A stretch of 64,000 nucleotides of DNA. Source: Daphnia carinata (taxonomy: Eukaryota). Under the pieces are notes generated by a model. That model was not told the origin of the DNA. It worked only from the letters and a program-made list of their open reading frames with translations, and did no database searches. The stretch covers positions 5,642,001-5,706,000 of the forward strand of contig NC_081332.1 in assembly GCF_022539665.2 (NCBI RefSeq), written 5' to 3'. Positions 40,301 to 53,707 of this stretch are shown in pieces; the stretch's first letter is position 1; each line of letters opens with the position of its first letter. The translations under genes and the position numbers were made by a program.

Positions 40301-42532
40301 CAGTAGCTATGCCATATAATTAAGTTTAATAATTCAATTAATCTGTTTTGATTTTATAGAGAAATGCTTACCTGCTCTTTTCATAGTTGCTCCGCATATT
40401 ATAGCAACAAAGGCGTAAGAGAGGCTCGTGATACAAATGGCAAGGATTGTACCTTTAGGTATGGCGCTGTTGGGATCCTGAATAAATAATGAAATGCTCA
40501 TGTAAGGCATTTTAATTTAAAGTAAAAAAAAAAAAAAAGAGTTACCCTTAAATCACCAGAAACATTAGCGCCAGATAAGATACCAATTCCGGCTGGAAAG
40601 TAGACGGAAAAGACGGAGAAAAAGTCCTGCATTTGTCCGTCAGTAACCGTGTAGCCAGGACTCCAGTTTTCTCGGATGAGCTCCACTATTAAAAAGGACG
40701 TTGTTTTTTTCCCATGAATTTATTTAAATTATTTGTTTTACCCTACAGTCATAGCCCAGGAATCCTTTGGCTTGCTTCTGTTCAGAACTGCCAGGGCCCA
40801 TTATGCTTCCGACAAGAAAATTGGACAATGCTACCAGCAGAATAACCAACATCACTCCCTGCGTCTAAAATTTTGCGAAATATTAATTAAGGCCATTAAT
40901 ATTTAAAATAACCAATCAACGATTACCTTTGCTTCGTATTTAGCTCCGAGCCCACAGAGAGCGCAAACGGCAATCATTGTAATAGTTCCGATAATACCTA
41001 TAGTATAGTAGGGAAGCATTACACTTTGATTTGCTTATTTAACTGAGTAATGCTTTACGGATGTCGTTGTCTGCTCCATCGACGATAATTGCTCCGCCAC
41101 CATAATTCCTCATTACATCCTGAACCGATTGGCAGAAACCGACTATATTTAGCGACGCGTTAATCGCATTGGCGATGGCGAAAATCACTCCTATTGATCC
41201 ACCAAACTCAGGTCCCAATACTCGACTCATGACGTAATAAGTCCCACCTAGTTTTTGAATGCCAGACAACGAAAACTATATTTGAAGAACTACAAAGGGA
41301 AGAACAAAGGCTAGTGGATGTCTACCTCCTCCTATTTCACCGTTCGTAGCGATGGCCGACATTGAGAGAGCCGTCATCAAGGTGATAAATGTAGAAATAG
41401 CTATAATGATTAACGTCTGCCCTGTGTTTCAACAATCATAAGCATTATCAATTGTTTCAATATGCATAAGAATGAAGACTTACATATCCCTGAAAGAGCC
41501 ACAACCCACGAGATTCGGAGGAAAAGCATAATACCCCATATGCTCAACATGTTGCGGATGAGCACACCTTCGATCCATCCGAATTTGTCGCCAACAGGCA
41601 CCGGTATTTCTTTGTTAGGATCCAGGCTGGCAACCTGTTGTTGTGCAAATAGATTTTAAACAATGAATCGAAATGCATCGTAACAGGACGTTACGTTCTG
41701 TTTTCTTGAAACAGGTTCGTGTAAGTCTTCCAACGTCGGACGTGAATTGGATCGAACGTTGAAGAAGTTGATGTAGTTGGCAATGCGTGGAACTGTTTCC
41801 GTATTGGTAGAGGTCGAACCTCTACGGCTCAAGTTCATTCCGAATCGTCTGAGGCTGGATTGGATCCGACCCAAACGAAAACTGTTTTGCGAATTCGTGT
41901 CAATCAGAGACGCACGCCGTGAAGGCGGAATGGTTGCAATATTTGGCTAGAAAGATAATGAAATGGTGTTATTTAAATTTTGCTTATGTCTCAAGATTAC
42001 AATGTACGGGCCTCATCGGCTAACGTGAAGGCTTCGTTATCCATTGCGATTCCGGATGGAACGGTTGCCAGAGTTGGTGGTAAGATGGTTGACCTTCTTC
42101 TGTTGCCCGGCAATTCTATCGTCTAAACGTAATTCAACATAATCAAATGGGTCATAATTAATTCATTCCAAGCCTTGAAGTACCTCTTGCTGGTCTCCAG
42201 CGTCATTCGATTCATTGCCAACATCAGTCACTCCAAATGCTTCGTTGGTCATTTCAACTCCGTATGGAACTGTAGCCAAACTCGGTGGAACCATGGTAGA
42301 TCTTCTTCTATGATTAGGAATGTCTAGCGTCTAATATTATATACCTGGTATCAATATATTCGATTGTCAAAATCATCTGAAAGCCGTACAATACCTCCAG
42401 TTGGATTCCAGTGTCTTGGTGAGCATCTTTGCCGGAATTGCGCACATCTTCCGACGGAAGGCTCGCTGGTGGATCCACTAGAATACGAATACCACACGTG
42501 CCTTCATCACCAGCCGTTTCATCTTTCGACAT
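37366..42532 (-). CDS. Divergent SLC12A cotransporter, paralogue D (TM3 Asn)
   Basis: [108 protein letters not shown]. Confidence 0.9.
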
Positions 42533-43816
42533 ATTCAACCACTAGCTTCCAAATTTGTGTCACTGAGTTAATGCAACGAATAAACAGCTGTGAAGGCAAA
42601 AGAGTTTCTTTTATATTAGATCGGTCATGGCGAACGTATAAACTCCACCCTTTGCGATTGTCGCAAGCTGGTTTGAAATGTTTCTCGTTCTCCTCCTATT
42701 GGGTGTCCCACCTTTGGCCCGCGCCAACGTGCCCTTATTTAATCAAGGTAATTCGTCATCATGTCGCCTTAATCGATGCTAAAGAAAAAAAAAACACTTT
42801 CCTTGCCTTTTTGGAGACAAAACTCAAAAATTTTTCTTGCCTATAAAGACTTTTTAAAACGGGTCATAATCCTTGATACGCATATAACAAGGTGGTTACT
42901 ATGTCCCAATCTCAAGTGAGAGTGCAACAACTGGAAACCTAGGTTTAGCCAGAGGATGTTACATTCTTATCGAGTTGAAATACCGGTCATACTGGCATGT
43001 ATTAAAATAATAGAATAAAGTAAATGTTTTGAAAAATAGTCTGGGTTGACAGACGATAGAATGGAATATAAACCAGTTAGACCCGCTTGAAACAGGTGTG
43101 TTTATTTATACGTAACCAGAAACTGGGGATTTATTCTTACGTCTCGTGATTTGCTATAATGTTTAATTATGCAATCTCTTGACTCCCCATTTCCTGCAGA
43201 AACAGTTATACATTTTCAACTGAAACTTTGACCAATGACTGACCTCTTTCTGTATGGAGATTACAGCCAATTTAAGCTAATAACTATGACCGATCACGCT
43301 TTGCTAGGCCTGGAGGTTAAAAAGGGTTTTTCCCTGCCAAGGAAAATCTATTGGATTTTATTCTTATTAGATTGTTATAAACAAATAAAAACACTGTACA
43401 GAATTATTAACAATACAACTTTTTCCACGCTCGATGGATGGATTTACTCTACTCAGGGGCGGAATGCAGCGCACAGCATAACGCTCACGCTTCTTACGAT
43501 CCTTAGGATTTGCTACCCCTTGCTTTCCTGTGGAACAGGTGCGTTTACGAAAATCTTTAACGATTTAAGAGCTACGGACATTCGCAATTTCATGTATTAT
43601 TATCTAACGGTCTGCGGCATTAACCTCATTTGAACTCGAGGATCATACGAAGGCAATAGACACAGTTTTGTTTTTTTATGTTTAAAACTCTTTTTCGGTT
43701 TTACACTTACGTTTTAGTGTTATAGGTTCTGTCGAATTTACGTATAGGACGACGATGTGGAGCATATGTCGCATATACTATGCGACAGATTAGCCATTGT
43801 CTGATGTAAAACTTGT

Positions 43817-46800
43817 TTAAGCGTAGAAGGTCAGAACAGACGTTTGATTTCCACGAACGAGCAAGAATGGTGGCATGTTGGCGGTCAACGTCTCTAACCA
43901 AGCCATGTACATGGGTGCACTAACGGCCTCCTTTCGCGCAATTGGTAAAGTCCTGTGTTGAAAAAAAATGGAACCAGCAAGTTTGGTTAGTGAACTTTCG
44001 TGCGACAAATGCAAACAATTCGATTGGTACTCACATGACGACCAGATTTGAATCTGAGGAATGATCGACTACCAATTCTCTCAGTCTACAGTGTCGATCC
44101 GTTTTGGCCTGTAATGAGGACCGTTCCGTTTCTGTAACACACAACAAATTGTTAACATATCTTTTCTTAATAATCGTTAACATTGGTTGGTGTTCTTTCC
44201 CGTGTTACCAGAGAGCTCTTCTCGCCGGATGAAGGGGCGGATGAGACCATCAAACCAGTTCTTTGTTGACTCTTTTGGTGGTTTGCTCAAGTCCGTGATG
44301 ACTATCAGATCGGAGTAGTCGATACGGAATTTATCTAACAAGGCCGCCATCCTAACCGACAGAAATCATTTCAAGTTATGTGTGGCATCTCATCGATGTA
44401 TTTTTGAAAGATGGATACATACCCCTCTCGTTCTTTCTCTACTTCTTCATGATTGTTCGCCGTGCAGAAAACACGTAACTGGCATGCCGTCCAATTCGAT
44501 CGTGTACTGATGATATACGGCAGCAATAGAGTCAGTCCTGCGAGTCATTCTTGTGATGTAATCAAAAGCAAAAACAACTCGATGTCGTGCAATCAAACTT
44601 ACCTCCATCGTCGTAGAGCCACCAAACGTCAATGGTACCTCGCAGATGCTTCTTTTGAAATCTAGTGATGTTATTGGAAATGTGTCGGGGGAGCTCATTG
44701 CCGTCACTTCCCCTGTTCCAGAATCATACAATTATTTTCGTGCACACTTGTGCTAGTTGTTTTTTTTTTTGCTTCCAGAAACTTACACTAGTTTCGAGTC
44801 CTTTTTGGATTTTTTCCCTTTCTTCGTGTCCTTTGATGTGTCAGGCAGATTGGCGTTACCCAACGGCGAATCGTTGATGTCCGTGTGTCTCTCAATGTCC
44901 GGTGTTCCAGGAGGGCTTTCCATCATGCTCGAGGGTCTATCTCCGTTAGAACTGATGTTTAACTCGTCCGCGTCGCCTAATATTGCGGAATAATCGAGCC
45001 CTTCCGATACGCGCAAAATGGCAACACCAACGTGCAAACTGAATCCGACACTGTGGAGCACAAATTTAGGTTAAAACAAAGAACTGAAATGATTGTGCAA
45101 ATGTAGAGATACTGACTGTATAGTGGCAAAGTACTTCTTCAACGATTGGCTATCACAGACACGCCAGTCGTTCTTATAGCCGATGAATAAAATGTTTGGT
45201 CTGATTTTGCCGACACCTGCCACTTCTAGCATGGCAGATACGCCAGTTGGGAGGTCAACATTGCCGATGAGAGTACAGAATCCTTTGATTTCATTTTTGC
45301 GCAAATGTTTGTACGATTTTTTTAAAATCTCTCCACGCATTTTGGTGGTGACCTTGCCCTGTTTTCAATCAAAATTTATGGATCGATCTTTGTGGAATAT
45401 GAGTTCCTCTGTACCTCAATGACATTGCCGCAAACGAGCATGGAATTTTTCTTGCAAATCAGGTATGCAAAATCGACTAGGGCCGGACGAGACCTTGGTG
45501 AACCAGTCAGGGCTAAAATGTGTGGCTGATAGTTCTTGACGTGCTCATCGATGTCCATCAGCTGTTGGATACTAGTCAAAGCGTCTTGCAAATTCATCGC
45601 CTGCGACGATGTACCCCAGTTGACGTCTATGATTGAAAAGACATATCATTCAGTGATTGCTCGTACTTGTTTTTAGATGTTCTTGCCAACGCACTCGGCT
45701 TGCGATAAAGCACAATGAAATAGAAGAAAAAGACGATGGCAAGCGTTACTAACGCCACTTTCCAATCAATCATAAACATGATGGCGATGCACAGGCAGGC
45801 ACAAAACAAACTCAGCCATTTGTTGTAATACTATTACACAAAAAGAAACAAGAGTGAGTGGAATTCGGTTAGCTGAACTGAAAGCGAAATGTACCTTGAA
45901 AGTGGGACGCCAACCAACGGGTTGCACGAGATCGACGTGGAAACACGCGTAATTCAGAAATGCAAAGGTGATCAAGAAGAGGTCGGAGATTAGAAGAGCG
46001 ATCATGTCCAATTGAGCTAAAGAAGAATAACATTACAGCTTTTTTCTTCCTTGAAAATAAAAGAGCAGCTTACCAATTAAGATGAAACCCAGGGCAAGGA
46101 AAAAGGTGAACAGATAAGCCAAATGAGGCTCTTTGGATTTGCCGTAACCTTTCGCCATCCAGCCAACCATCCAGTAAGGGTAGAGCTTATCATCGCCAAT
46201 TACTTGTAGCAGCTTTGGACAAGAAATGTAGCTTGCCAAAGCCGTACTGAGCGTGGCAGCGAAACAACCTGCGTAGTTGAGGGGTCCGTAAGCCGAAATT
46301 AGCGTCATCAGCTATAAATATTTGGAACGATTGAATGATGGCGTTATCCAAATGCGTCTATAGTGCAGTTAGCGACCATACCTGGTAGTCGTTGTAGGAG
46401 CCATACGTGCAATTCGAGGGCCCGCAATTCAGAAATGTGCCGTTGTGGAAATCTTCGACACTTCCAGTGGCTTGTCGTTTGGTGGTTGCAGCGCATACGA
46501 TGGCCACAATGGCGTACGAAATACTGCAAGTTAATAAATATTTTAATTACTTTCCACCTGTCTAACAGGTAGGGGACTCCGTGAACGTAATCTCAGTACT
46601 GCCAGACCTTGTACTGATGATGGCCCAGATTGTTCCTTTTGGGATAGCGTCACTAGGGTCCTATAGTAAACCACGTGTAAAACAAGCTACTCAGCATCTG
46701 CAAACTTCTTGTTAAAAGTAAACCATAAGGTTTTGGTGAATTACCTTTAAATCACCTGAGATATTAGCTCCGGCTAGAATTCCGATTCCAGCTGGAAAAT

Positions 46801-48371
46801 AGACGGCAAAGACGGAAAAGAAATCTTGCATCATACCGCCGTTAAAGACGTATCCCGAATCCCAATTTTCTCGAATTAAGTCCACTTTTGCAATCATTTG
46901 AAAGATTATTTTCACGCATAAAATTATTATAATAAGAAAGAAATGTTTACATCTGTAACCCAAATATCCTCGAGCTTGAGACAGATCCGTTTGGGGGCCG
47001 ATGAAGCTGCCAACAAAGAAATTAGCTAAAGCCACGGCCAGAATGACCACAAGCATTTGCTGCGTCTGAAAATGATAATAACGTGCTTTGTTTGACAAAA
47101 AGCTAATATTTTAATGCACAAGCTGCTCTTTCGACAACATACCAAGCTTTCGTATTTTGATCCTAGGCCACACAGAGCCCAGACTAAGATCATCAAGATT
47201 GTCCCGAGAATCCTTGTGTCATTGACCCCTCCGTCAACAATAGTGTAGCCACCGTAATTTTTCATGGTGTCTTGCAATGTTTGGCAGAAACCAACGACAT
47301 TTAACGAACCATTAATTGCATTGGCCAGAGCAAAAAGAATGCCTATCGAGCCGCCCCATTCTGGACCCAAAATGCGGCTCATTACGTAGTATGTTCCTCC
47401 TAGACATCCACACATAATACTGTTGCTTGTACAATCATAATTTTAAATGCTTTTGAATCAAATGGATTTTACCTCCTCCAATTTCACCGTTGGTTACAAT
47501 AGCCGACGTAGATAGGGCGGTGACAAAGGTGACGAATGTCGAGATCGAGATAATGATTAGTGTTTGCCCTGTTCGTGAATTCATACAGAGTTTAATTTAA
47601 CGATTACGTAAATAAGAAGGCAACTGAACTTACAGATGCCGGCGAGAGCCACGACCCATGAAATGCGGAGAAAGAGCATGACACCCCAAATGTTAAGCAT
47701 GTTGCGGATGAGGACGCCTTCGATCCAGCCGAATTTTTGACGCGGAATCTGTTCTGCTCCATTTATTCCACTATTAGCTGGCTGTCGTTGTCCGATTGCG
47801 AAAGAAATTACGTTTGTCAGTGAACATGGTACTGTTTTTTGTAAGGGTAGTGGAACTCAAGGGTAGAAGTAGTTGATTGCTGACGTAGAGTACCTTTTCC
47901 TCGACAATAGACTCATGAAGTTCTTCCATAGTTGGCCGTGTCCCTGTCGCGGCCATCTGGAAGATGTTGCTGTAATTGGCTAGCCGCGGAACGGCTTCGT
48001 GAGTCAGTCGCCTAGCTCCCGCTCCAAGTCGACGGAGGCTACCTCGCAGTTTAGACTCCGTATTGCCTACACGTAAATTTCCACCGACTGCCTGGTGCCT
48101 TAATATCTGTTACCTCCGAAAATGTTAGACTTCAATTGCAATGGTTCTCCAAATTGTTGGAACCAGACTTACATCTTCAGAAGTTTCAAATGCCAGGTTA
48201 TCCATGCCAATACCAGAGGGAATGGTTGCTAAAGTTGGTCGTATGGATGCCCTCCGCACATTATTCGCCGGACCCTGTTTACATATCACAAACTAGAGAT
48301 TTGGCTTTCAATGGCAACCAAGTTTGAGCACGTTATACCCCTTCATGGCCATCAAAAGTGTGATTATCCAT
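43817..48371 (-). CDS. Divergent SLC12A cotransporter, paralogue E (TM3 Asn)
   Basis: [71 protein letters not shown]. Start [11 protein letters not shown] inferred at 48371; TATAAAA at 48487-48481. Confidence 0.9.
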
Positions 48372-50646
48372 TGCTGTTGAAGTTGTTGGTGGTGTGCGTT
48401 CGATCCAGCTGGCCACGTCCACCACAAAAGGTTCGAGTCTCCAGTTATCTAACACTGCATAGCAACTACGTCTTTCCACCTTTTATACGGCGCTTCATTC
48501 TCAGGTGAATTTTGTCGAATCTTTTTTTCTATCTTCTCGTTTGTTATTTTAGTAAGAGAACAGATTTGAAAAATGAGAACTTACTTCTTTATTCTGAAAA
48601 CACGTCGCAACGTAGTGTTAGAGAAACGGCCATTATTACTATGCATCACGTTAACCTCTCAGTTCACGTTCGGCACGTCCGTCTGCGTTCAACTTACAGC
48701 ATGTCGATGGGCTTTTATTTGCTGTTTTATTACTTATTCCAATTCTTATTTGTGTATCCTGTGCTAATTTTCTGAAATTCGCCGTTTAGCAAGTGAAATT
48801 GAATTTAAACTAAAACTTACAAATTTGCCACATCTTAGAATTGATTGTTGTTAGGCTTACCTCAAATTGGTTTGGCATTACAGAGCCTTGTTCTTGAGAA
48901 GTTCGCTTTTCAGCACGAGGTTCATGTTTGTTACCTAGAATCATTGCAGTCAATTTTACTGCTTTTATCGTCTCATAACCTCTTTTCTATTGCAACTGGT
49001 AAGTTGCCAGCGTGTGAATGTGGTGATGTTAAAACCAGAAACAAAAAGAAAAAGTCAGTTCTATCTGCCTCCTACCGGATAGAAGTCATATTGGGCCTTG
49101 GACGATACTGGAAAAGGGTAAACCCAAGCGAATGGTAACATATTTAACCTTTAGTGTTGTACTTACAAAAGGGCCGACTGATTGTCACGTCGACATTTTC
49201 GTGTTCCATCATTCATCACGTTGTGCAGGAAAAGTAAAATTTGTGCTGTAGTCCAGAAAAAGTTCCCACCAGAAAAGGGGGCAGTGCTGTGAGAGGACTA
49301 AAAAATGGCGTTCATGTCCAGTTTTGTTTGCTTTAGCGGCACAGAGCCTGACTGTAAATGATGGAGGAAAATCGTTCACCATTGACGTAGATCTTTTTTT
49401 TCTTCAATCTGCCTGATATTTCATGTGGCTAAGTGTACGCGTAATAGGTGTGAAGGATCGAAATCTATCAACAATGACAGTGCAGGAAATGGTAGATCTT
49501 AAATTACTAAGTATTACGTTTGGCAATTTTATTAGATTTCTCATCATTGATACACCAACATACTGATAGAACGCATTGCATTAGTATTTCTTGTAGTAGA
49601 AACCTTACGGCCTACAGGAACTTCTGGTTTTGCATTCAACCATGAAGAGCTTAATATGACTTTCCTTTTAGGTCACAGCTCTCACTGTCGTAATGCTTCC
49701 AAAGTTGTGTGTTGGGCGATGGCAAAAGGAGCTGTCGTTACCCTAGAAAAAAGTAACGGACAGTCATCAATAGCGATGTCACGAACTGGTTTTTTCATTT
49801 CTTTCGTCAACATTACCTTTTTATTTCGCATTTCAGATTTCAAAATGTCTAAATGTGGTTGGTGTCTTCGCCGCTTTCTATTCCCACTCCATTGTCAACT
49901 CTGCTTTCATAATTTTTATTTTGGATTGATATTCTTTATCGAGATTAACCGTGTGACTACCAGATGTAATTTTTACACATGAATTGAGGTTTTTAGACTT
50001 TAAAATTAAAATACCTTTTTTGTTTTATTGTTTTGAAGGTAGACATAATCGGATAGGATTTCTCAAGAAAAACGCACTTGAAAGTAGGACAAAGGAAAGT
50101 TTTCACTATTAGTGATGGTGCTGACCAACTAGTGCGCCACAACACCTGTGAATGCGCTTATTCAACAGTGCAATTATATACCTTTGCAAAGTACGACGAA
50201 AGTGTATAATCTTAAGAATGTGAAGAGGAAAAAAGGGTAGGTGGTGATAAAAGGTCGGTAAAAGATCAATACTTTGATAAGGATTTTTGGGTGGGGAAAA
50301 GTGTTTTAGTCTGCGTGGACATGAATCGTTACATAAATGTTTGCATGTTGTATTTTTTCTTAAGTTGAGAATAGTTATCAAGTAACTTGTCACGTTCTTT
50401 TTACTTTTAGAACTTCGCCTTGGTATTCGATGAATTTTAAGAATGAAAAAATTCGAATATTCCCGCCAAATCCTGCTTATGCAGCCATCTATCGGGTATG
50501 ATGTGCTGCAACCCAGAGACGTCTGCCATCTAGCGCCTCGGGGAGCAGGTGGATCATTTTCTACGTTCATTTTAGTTACTCAGGTTATTGATGTTTTATT
50601 ATTTAACTAATTTTAATCATTGATAAAAGTACCATTAAGTATACCA

Positions 50647-51179
50647 GAAGTAGCAAAGGGGATATCCTTTGCGCGGAAAAGCTTGGTCTCCGCATGTTAA
50701 ATTCCATAGATTAGGCGTTGTTATTGTTTAGTACAAATCGCCAGCATGATCCGTCATAACTCCATGCTAAAAACATGGCAGTTTTTTGGCTGACATTAGC
50801 GCCATGCTACACTGGGGAAAAAGATTTTATCTGTTTTCCATCCCTTTTTGAAATCTCAGAAGCGTAATTTGGGTGCCATTTTTCAATTTCTTCATGGTAC
50901 TTTTATAAAGTATACAAGGAGTAGTAACGCCTGCAAAACAACTTGAGCTACGCATATTGAACTCCAGAGATGGCGTTTCCAAATCGCCAGTACGCTCCTA
51001 TATTTCATCATTTTAGCCGCCAGAGTGAATTGCGATCTTATTAACAGATGGCACTTTTCTATGTATCAAGACGTCAAGACAATGTACTGGTGATTTGGTA
51101 CTGAGCCCAACGCCATCTATGGACCGCAACATGCGGAGCTCTTCCGCGCAGAGGGCACTGCCGTTATTACTCCTACTTC
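50647..51179. mobile_element. Degenerate MITE-like element with imperfect terminal inverted repeats
   Basis: CCTTTGCGCGGAAAAGCT...CCGCATGTT..TCCATAGAT..GGCGTTG...AGTAC-AAATCGCCAG (50666-50745) mirrors the reverse complement of ~51085-51155. A partial internal copy lies at ~50918-50995. Confidence 0.6.
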
Positions 51180-51597
51180 ATGCTACAACGTAAACAAATT
51201 GCAGACGACATTCAGTTAGTTTTTGGACATGTGACCTATGTTTCAAATGAAACTATCCCAGTGAAACATTAGTGGCAAATTTAAATAATTTTGTCATCTC
51301 GGAATTTATTATTGAAGTTTGGAACTGTTACATCCACGTGTTAAAGAATAAGTGGTCAGTTTTTTAGAAATACGTTGAAAAAAGAAAATTATTCTCATGT
51401 GCAAGGTACGTATATTTTGGTTCAAAGTCCAACTGAAAACAAGCTGAGTATGCTAAATTATTTATATGTTTCAGCATAAATTTCGTACGGCATAATTTCA
51501 ACAAGCCACTAGCCAAGATCACCCCAGAATAACCAATGGTGGCATAGGAAAGTCTAATGCACTGACAAAGCTCATCTTCCGTTTTGGTTTTACTACC

Positions 51598-53604
51598 ATG
51601 ACACCATCATTTTTTAATATGCTGAGCAACTGGAAGCAACTTTGTTTAAGCTTTAGTCATCAGTATGTGTTAGCACAAAGAGCATTTATTAATTCTCATC
51701 ACAAGTTCTCAACCCACAATATTGCAGAAAAATTGGATCGTTTACTTACCTTTAAAGAAAGAAGTTTTGATTTCTTTCAGAAAAGTGAAAAATATAAAGA
51801 TATGTGGGTTCCTTCCAACAAGATGTTTAATATCCCTGGTGATTGTGGAACAGATGGTCAAGCCAACAAAACAATGACTGATCTGATTATAGACTTTTCT
51901 GTGCCTGAAACTGTGTCAAATGATTTGAAGAATCCATCATGTTATAGCTCGTTAATATCGGGACCATCTCAAGAAAAGAGTGTTGCCCTCGTTCTGGATC
52001 ATTGCACAGGGAATGAGGCGCTGATTATGGCAAATACGCTATTTCGAATTGTTGGAGAAAATTTTAAGAAAGGGGCCTTTTACCGGTACCTGTTATGCAA
52101 AGCAAATCACTGGATAAAGAATTGCTCATCTCATCAAGAACTAGTCCTTTGGGCTTTCATATTTTCATTGGAGAAGTCACAGCAGTCAAACGCTTGTTTT
52201 CGATGCATCTACGAACGTTTTAAAACGGATGTTTCACTCTTCCAGTGCCTGAATGCATTTGAAATGGGTATCATTTGCAATGCTTGGTTTACAAGTAACA
52301 TTATAGTTTCAGCAAAGCCAATGCTTCGCGTTGTCGAGAACTTACTGCGAGAAGAAATTTGCCTATCACCAGGCGTCTTTAGCCAAGAGACGCTCTCGAT
52401 GCTTAAAGTGCTCCGGAAGGCAGGTTTCGGAACAGACCATCTTTTTGAATCTTTGATGTCATCATTGTCGTCCCCAAATGCTCGAAATCTGAACCTAGCA
52501 CAAGCAGCTCACGGGTAAGATGGGATTTGCAAGTTTTAGTTAACAGTTCTGACTTTGTTCTTTATTTAGTTTAGCACTTTTAGCTGACCGTCGCTGTCTG
52601 GTTGACGAAAGTATTATCCAGAACATCACGCACCTCATCAAAACCGCTGCTAAGAAACCATTGCAGACGCCGTACATGTTCATGCACCCTTCTCGAGGAA
52701 CGCGCATTAAGGATTTAACTCGCTTTTTGTGGACAGCCAGCTGCCTGATTCCAACAAACGTAATTTCTCAGGACAGAATCGCGTCAGAAATTATCGACCA
52801 AGTGGACGCCGGTTGGAGAACAGGCAGTTTCCAACTAGACCAAGATTGTCACTTACTTTCAGATTTCTTCCTTTCACTAGCTTGCTGGAAAATCTATCCT
52901 CAACCTTTGATTGACAAAATCATTGATAGAAATTTTATCAATGTCGTACTGAGACAGAGGCAGACGGTCCGGCAGTCACGCCTAGCTCTGTTCTTGGTGG
53001 CAGCACAGATTGAAGCTCCACATCTGCTGTTGGTGAAGGAATTCTTACCAGATATTGCCTCTAATTTACCTCCATACAAGATAGAAAAGGAGTTGGTAAA
53101 GCGTCCCCAACTTGCTCGTTTGGCCGGTGTGATCGATCGCTACCGAGAAGAATTGGGATGGGAAAACATCCGTTGCTGTACAACAGTTCCACATCTTAAC
53201 TTGGCGGGTTTAACTTTCGATTACGAAGGGTAAATAATTGACTGAATTTTCCCATTGATTTGGTCCTAATTTTATTTCGTACAGGAGGCAAGTTGCAGTT
53301 GAAGTGCTAGATTCGTATGTCTGCATGCGTCACAGCAATCGTCCGGAACGTTTACTGGCTCTCAAGAATCGACTATCACGAGAGCTTGGCTACAAAGTAA
53401 TTGAGGTAATCCCTTTGCTATAATTGTGTGCACGAATTTATTCAAACTATTACTCCATGTATTAATTTCTTACTACCCATGGGCAAATAGTTGGATGTTC
53501 AGCAGACAAACCGAATGGAGCAAGAAGCTGAAGTGGAAGTTCACAGCTACAGCGACCAGCAAGTGACAATGATTAGAAAATGCTTGGAAAAACTATATAT
53601 GTGA
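51598..53604 (+). CDS. FAST kinase domain/RAP-domain mitochondrial RNA-binding protein (FASTKD5-like)
   Basis: Helical-repeat body, RIKDLTRFLW, C-terminal RAP-like VAVEVLDSYVCMRHSNRPERLLALKNRLSRELGYKVIEL; TGA 53602-53604. Confidence 0.7.
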
Positions 53605-53707
53605 CCTAGACAAAATGCTAATATATGAAATAACAGCCAGCCCCAACATTTACAACCAAATGACATGAAGTTCCCTTTTGTACTAGTCCGGTAAAAACCT
53701 ATTCCTG

